Part shown: in pieces, positions 58,806-61,479 of the stretch
Position numbering within the stretch: the stretch's first letter is position 1
Layout: every line of letters starts with the position of its first letter
IMG/VR virus record: IMGVR_UViG_3300020175_000007
Coordinates: 1-61,479 of that record
Direction: 5' to 3' (one strand)
DNA length: 61,479 nt
From: a virus
Taxonomy: Duplodnaviria > Caudoviricetes
Position numbers and translations under genes: made by a program
The notes under the pieces: generated by a model
What the model saw: the letters and a program-made list of their open reading frames with translations, nothing else
Told to the model about the DNA's origin: nothing
The model's database searches: none

Positions 58806-58857
58806 AACCTTTATTGTTTTAATTTTGTTTTCCGGCTTTATTGCCTTATTTACCCCG

Positions 58858-58889
58858 TAAATATACGAAAGGTATCTCGGGTATCCAAG
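58858..58889 (-). promoter_or_regulatory. Host-type promoter CTTG-N20-TATATTTA
   Basis: Near-duplicate of the 13537 promoter and leader. Confidence 0.75.
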
Positions 58890-58913
58890 CTACCTGCGCA
58901 TTACCTTTAATTA

Positions 58914-59279
58914 CTATGTAAGCTCTAGCGAAATACCACCAGTACTTCTCATTCTTGATGTAGCTGAAGCTACAGTAACGGTTGGAGTAAATTTATATAT
59001 AGTATTAGATCCTGATTTATTTGTACATACTACAGATGAAACATAAGAAGATGTAATTAAACCACCTGTTGGTATAAGAGTTAAATCAGCATAGGCACCA
59101 ATGGCATTAGTAGGTTTACCGCTATATGAATTATTATCAGTAATAGTTTGCATTGTAAAATAACCAGAACCACTTAAAGTTAATGGTACAGTTAATTCAA
59201 AGGTATATTGTACTCCTGCTGTAAGTGTAGGGTTATATATTCCTTCTCCTGATAATTGATCTGCTGTATATGTTGCCAT
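58914..59279 (-). CDS. Hypothetical beta-rich virion protein
   Basis: Thr/Ser/Gly-rich, with the late motif upstream. Confidence 0.6.
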   Translation of the reverse strand: MATYTADQLSGEGIYNPTLTAGVQYTFELTVPLTLSGSGYFTMQTITDNNSYSGKPTNAIGAYADLTLIPTGGLITSSYVSSVVCTNKSGSNTIYKFTPTVTVASATSRMRSTGGISLELT

Positions 59280-59302
59280 AATATAATTTTATTATAAATA
59301 TG

Positions 59303-59335
59303 AAAAAAAGAGGATAAACTAATGTTTATCCCCTT
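59303..59335 (-). terminator. Intrinsic terminator
   Basis: Minus strand AGGGGATAAAC-ATTA-GTTTATCCTCT followed by a T run, just downstream of 59358..59978. Confidence 0.8.
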
Positions 59336-59357
59336 AATAATTTAATGTAATTTACTA

Positions 59358-59978
59358 TTATGCAATAATTAACTCGTAATTTACGTGGTAATTTACATAT
59401 CCAAATACAATACAACTACTACCACCAATTGCTGCTCCACTAACTGGTGCATCAAAGTGAACTGTACGTGCTGTTGCAGAATAAAGTTCTGCTGCATCTA
59501 CTGGTAAAAGTATGTTTCCAGTTGAAACTACTTTAGTAGATAAACAAGCGTCTGCTACTCTTCCAGCAGCAACCGAATTTCCTGAAGCTGCCATTATTCC
59601 TCCTGCTAAATCACCTAATCCATCAGCAGAACCAAAAGCTGCATTAACAACACATCCTGTTGCTCCTGTTAGTGCTGTTTGGAATACCATTCCAAAATTA
59701 GTTATTGTTGCGTGAGCAGGAATTGAAATTGTTCCTTTGTTACTACTAATTCCACCTGCTGGTGTTATAGTAATAAGTGCTGTTTCTGATGCCCCTACTA
59801 TTCCAGAACCTTCGATAACGTAAGTTCCTTTTAATGTTTGCTGTCTTGTTAGGTCTTCTAACATAAGTGTACTATCCATCAAATCCACCGCATTAAATCT
59901 TCCTTGATCCCAAGGAGCATTACCGAGTGCATTGTTTTGGATAAAATCCTTTAATCGTGTGTAAGATTTTAATGCCAT
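59358..59978 (-). CDS. Hypothetical virion protein (possible capsid decoration/fibre)
   Basis: Ala/Gly/Thr-rich beta protein with its own late-motif variant and terminator. Confidence 0.55.
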   Translation of the reverse strand: MALKSYTRLKDFIQNNALGNAPWDQGRFNAVDLMDSTLMLEDLTRQQTLKGTYVIEGSGIVGASETALITITPAGGISSNKGTISIPAHATITNFGMVFQTALTGATGCVVNAAFGSADGLGDLAGGIMAASGNSVAAGRVADACLSTKVVSTGNILLPVDAAELYSATARTVHFDAPVSGAAIGGSSCIVFGYVNYHVNYELIIA

Positions 59979-60142
59979 TTTTTTTAATATTTTATTTAAT
60001 TAATTAATTTTAATATAAACAGCACCTTGCTATTTACATTGATTGATATATCATTTATACATATGGGAAAAAGCTCGAAAGACCTTCTCTCTTCACAATA
60101 TTGCATAAGTCTATACGTATATATACAACATGTTAAAAATAA

Positions 60143-60174
60143 TTTGGAGTCCACAATAAGGATTCGTATATTAG
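60143..60174 (+). promoter_or_regulatory. Host-type promoter TTTG-N20-TATATTAG
   Basis: Same motif on the plus strand, at the strand switch, upstream of thioredoxin. Confidence 0.75.
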
Positions 60175-60178
60175 ATGT

Positions 60179-60496
60179 ATGACAGAAGCAAAACCTCTAG
60201 GGCTTATTACATTAATTAGTGATCATTTATCACATTATATAAGTACACCTAAATTATTAGTAGTATATGGTACATCATGGTGTAAAGCTTGTGAAAAAAT
60301 TAAACCACAATTAAAAGAATTAGGTAACGACATTAATGTGGTTATTGTTGATACAGAAAAACATTTAAAATCAAATAGATTTTACCCATCAAAAATAAAA
60401 TCATATCCAACTCTAGCATATTATGAAAATGGATATTATATAGATGATATTAAAGGTTTAACAAATATAAAACAAGAAATTAACGAATTAAATTAA
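60179..60496 (+). CDS. Thioredoxin-family protein
   Basis: SWCKAC (WCxxC) and SYPTL cis-Pro motif. Confidence 0.85.
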   Translation: MTEAKPLGLITLISDHLSHYISTPKLLVVYGTSWCKACEKIKPQLKELGNDINVVIVDTEKHLKSNRFYPSKIKSYPTLAYYENGYYIDDIKGLTNIKQEINELN

Positions 60497-60498
60497 TT

Positions 60499-60918
60499 AT
60501 GGAAATATTTTTATTTATACTATCATTTATTACTGGCGGAATTGTCTTCACCACAATATACATCACCACTCTCACCTCTAAATTAAATAAGAGGGTTACA
60601 CTTATGGATGAAACAATGGAAAAGGGCTATAATCTGATAGATTTTGAAATTGAAAAGCTAGAATTAGATGCTAAGGATGTAAAATCAAATGTAAAAAGTA
60701 TTCAAATAAAACTGGCTGAGGATGGATATGCAAAGATATCTGAAATTAATAAAGATATACTAGTTATAAAAGATCAAATGAAAACTATAAGCGAGGGAGT
60801 AAGTCTAGACAAAGCAACATATAATGGGGAGATAAGGAGGTTAAATGGTATGATTCAGAATACAAAGAAGATGATTAATACGGTGAGGGATGATCCTAAT
60901 ACATTAAGTAGATACTAA
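60499..60918 (+). CDS. Membrane-anchored coiled-coil protein
   Basis: N-terminal hydrophobic helix followed by a heptad-rich region. Confidence 0.7.
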   Translation: MEIFLFILSFITGGIVFTTIYITTLTSKLNKRVTLMDETMEKGYNLIDFEIEKLELDAKDVKSNVKSIQIKLAEDGYAKISEINKDILVIKDQMKTISEGVSLDKATYNGEIRRLNGMIQNTKKMINTVRDDPNTLSRY

Positions 60919-60924
60919 AGAAAT

Positions 60925-61098
60925 ATGAAGAAATATATAATTGAATATAAAAATATAGATGGTACGGTGGGTGAGGTTGAAATATCAACTGATGATATAA
61001 CCAAAACACTTGAACAATACGCAAGGAATAGGTCAATCCTAGAATATACAAGAGTAGAGGTTATTGATAAACCTAAAACTCGTATGTTTCATAATTAA
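60925..61098 (+). CDS. Small hypothetical protein (57 aa)
   Basis: Hand-translated MKKYIIEYKNIDGTVGEVEISTDDITKTLEQYARNRSILE...MFHN. Confidence 0.65.
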   Translation: MKKYIIEYKNIDGTVGEVEISTDDITKTLEQYARNRSILEYTRVEVIDKPKTRMFHN

Positions 61099-61479
61099 AG
61101 TTGTGCTAAACCAAAAACAACTACCATTATAGTAAAATATAATAGTGCTACTGCTGGTTCTTTGTTTTCTTTTTCCATGGTCATAGATACATAACCATAC
61201 TATATTATATGCCAATTTAATATTACTGAATTATTAAGTGGTCTATATCAATATATATCTTATCGATAGCAAAAATTTTATTAAAAGAAAAAATCACACA
61301 CCGGGCATTTTTATCCATAATGGGTTAAAATATAAGTATATACAATCGATGGGGTAGGTCCGTTTTCGAGTTATAAATGGCGCTACACCCTTATTTTAAT
61401 ATATACACGCTATATGGACACCAACGCGTGTGGGTATTATGCGATATATATGCGTACGGTATATGGTAGGTAGGTAGTA

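Larger units (their letters stand above)
3842..60064 (-). promoter_or_regulatory. Dispersed putative late promoter motif ATATTTATAA (coding strand)
   Basis: Exact copies at 7764, 9425, 12911, 16394, 28405, 34751, 37452, 51088, 57305 and 59292. One-mismatch copies at 3842, 18652, 37431, 54442 and 60055. Mostly 10-35 nt upstream of an ATG. Confidence 0.7.

Noticed and set aside
2075-59715. Short plus-strand ORFs antisense to minus-strand genes (e.g. 2075, 4119, 6706, 7183, 8696, 9486, 37322, 50330, 55181, 59512)
   Set aside because: They overlap well-supported genes on the opposite strand, mostly have non-ATG starts and show antisense-typical composition.
1-61479. Stop-codon reassignment as seen in some Bacteroidota phages
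   Set aside because: Code 11 gives tightly packed full-length genes, and TAA, TAG (34763) and TGA (17167, 56948) all act as stops.
59979-61479. tRNA or other structured RNA genes in the larger intergenic gaps
   Set aside because: No cloverleaf or T-loop GTTCRA pattern was found by eye; tRNAscan or Infernal would be needed to exclude them fully.

Overview
An AT-rich, gene-dense segment of a large tailed dsDNA phage, most likely a myovirus. It carries gp25-like, gp6/baseplate-J-like and gp5-like baseplate genes, S74-chaperoned fibres, a primase, an exonuclease and a gp55-like sigma factor. Nearly all genes lie on the minus strand and use standard code 11; the strand switches near 60.1 kb. Seven promoters with an exact (T/C)TTG-N20-TAnnTTnn spacing match the Bacteroidota sigma-A consensus, which suggests a Bacteroidota (probably Flavobacteriia) host. 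A second motif, ATATTTATAA on the coding strand, precedes the presumed late genes. Layout: 1-12.9 kb is a block of charged, mosaic proteins with shared N-terminal signals (MDNFDLRKYLAE...) and modules separated by (L/I/V)-x-E sites, mostly LNE. 12.9-13.5 kb is a small early-gene island. 13.6-16.4 kb is a LamG/fibrinogen-like lectin array. 16.4-20.9 kb encodes exonuclease, primase, a GIY-YIG-like protein, GT9, a 2OG-Fe(II) oxygenase and a methyltransferase. 20.9-34.7 kb encodes two giant proline-poor Gly-X-Y (GSS/GTS) fibres. 34.7-54.1 kb is the baseplate/tail module. 54-61 kb encodes the sigma factor, HD hydrolase, nucleases, DUF932 and thioredoxin. The best candidate new system is a set of capsid-targeted effector polyproteins processed by a prohead protease, for example a 701-aa NTase|ART-like|Zn-ribbon|zincin|HAD chain joined by LNE linkers. 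A second candidate is phage-encoded glycosylation of a pervasive [S/T]-[G/A/S/Q]-S motif in virion proteins. All family assignments come from motif recognition by eye; no database searches were run.
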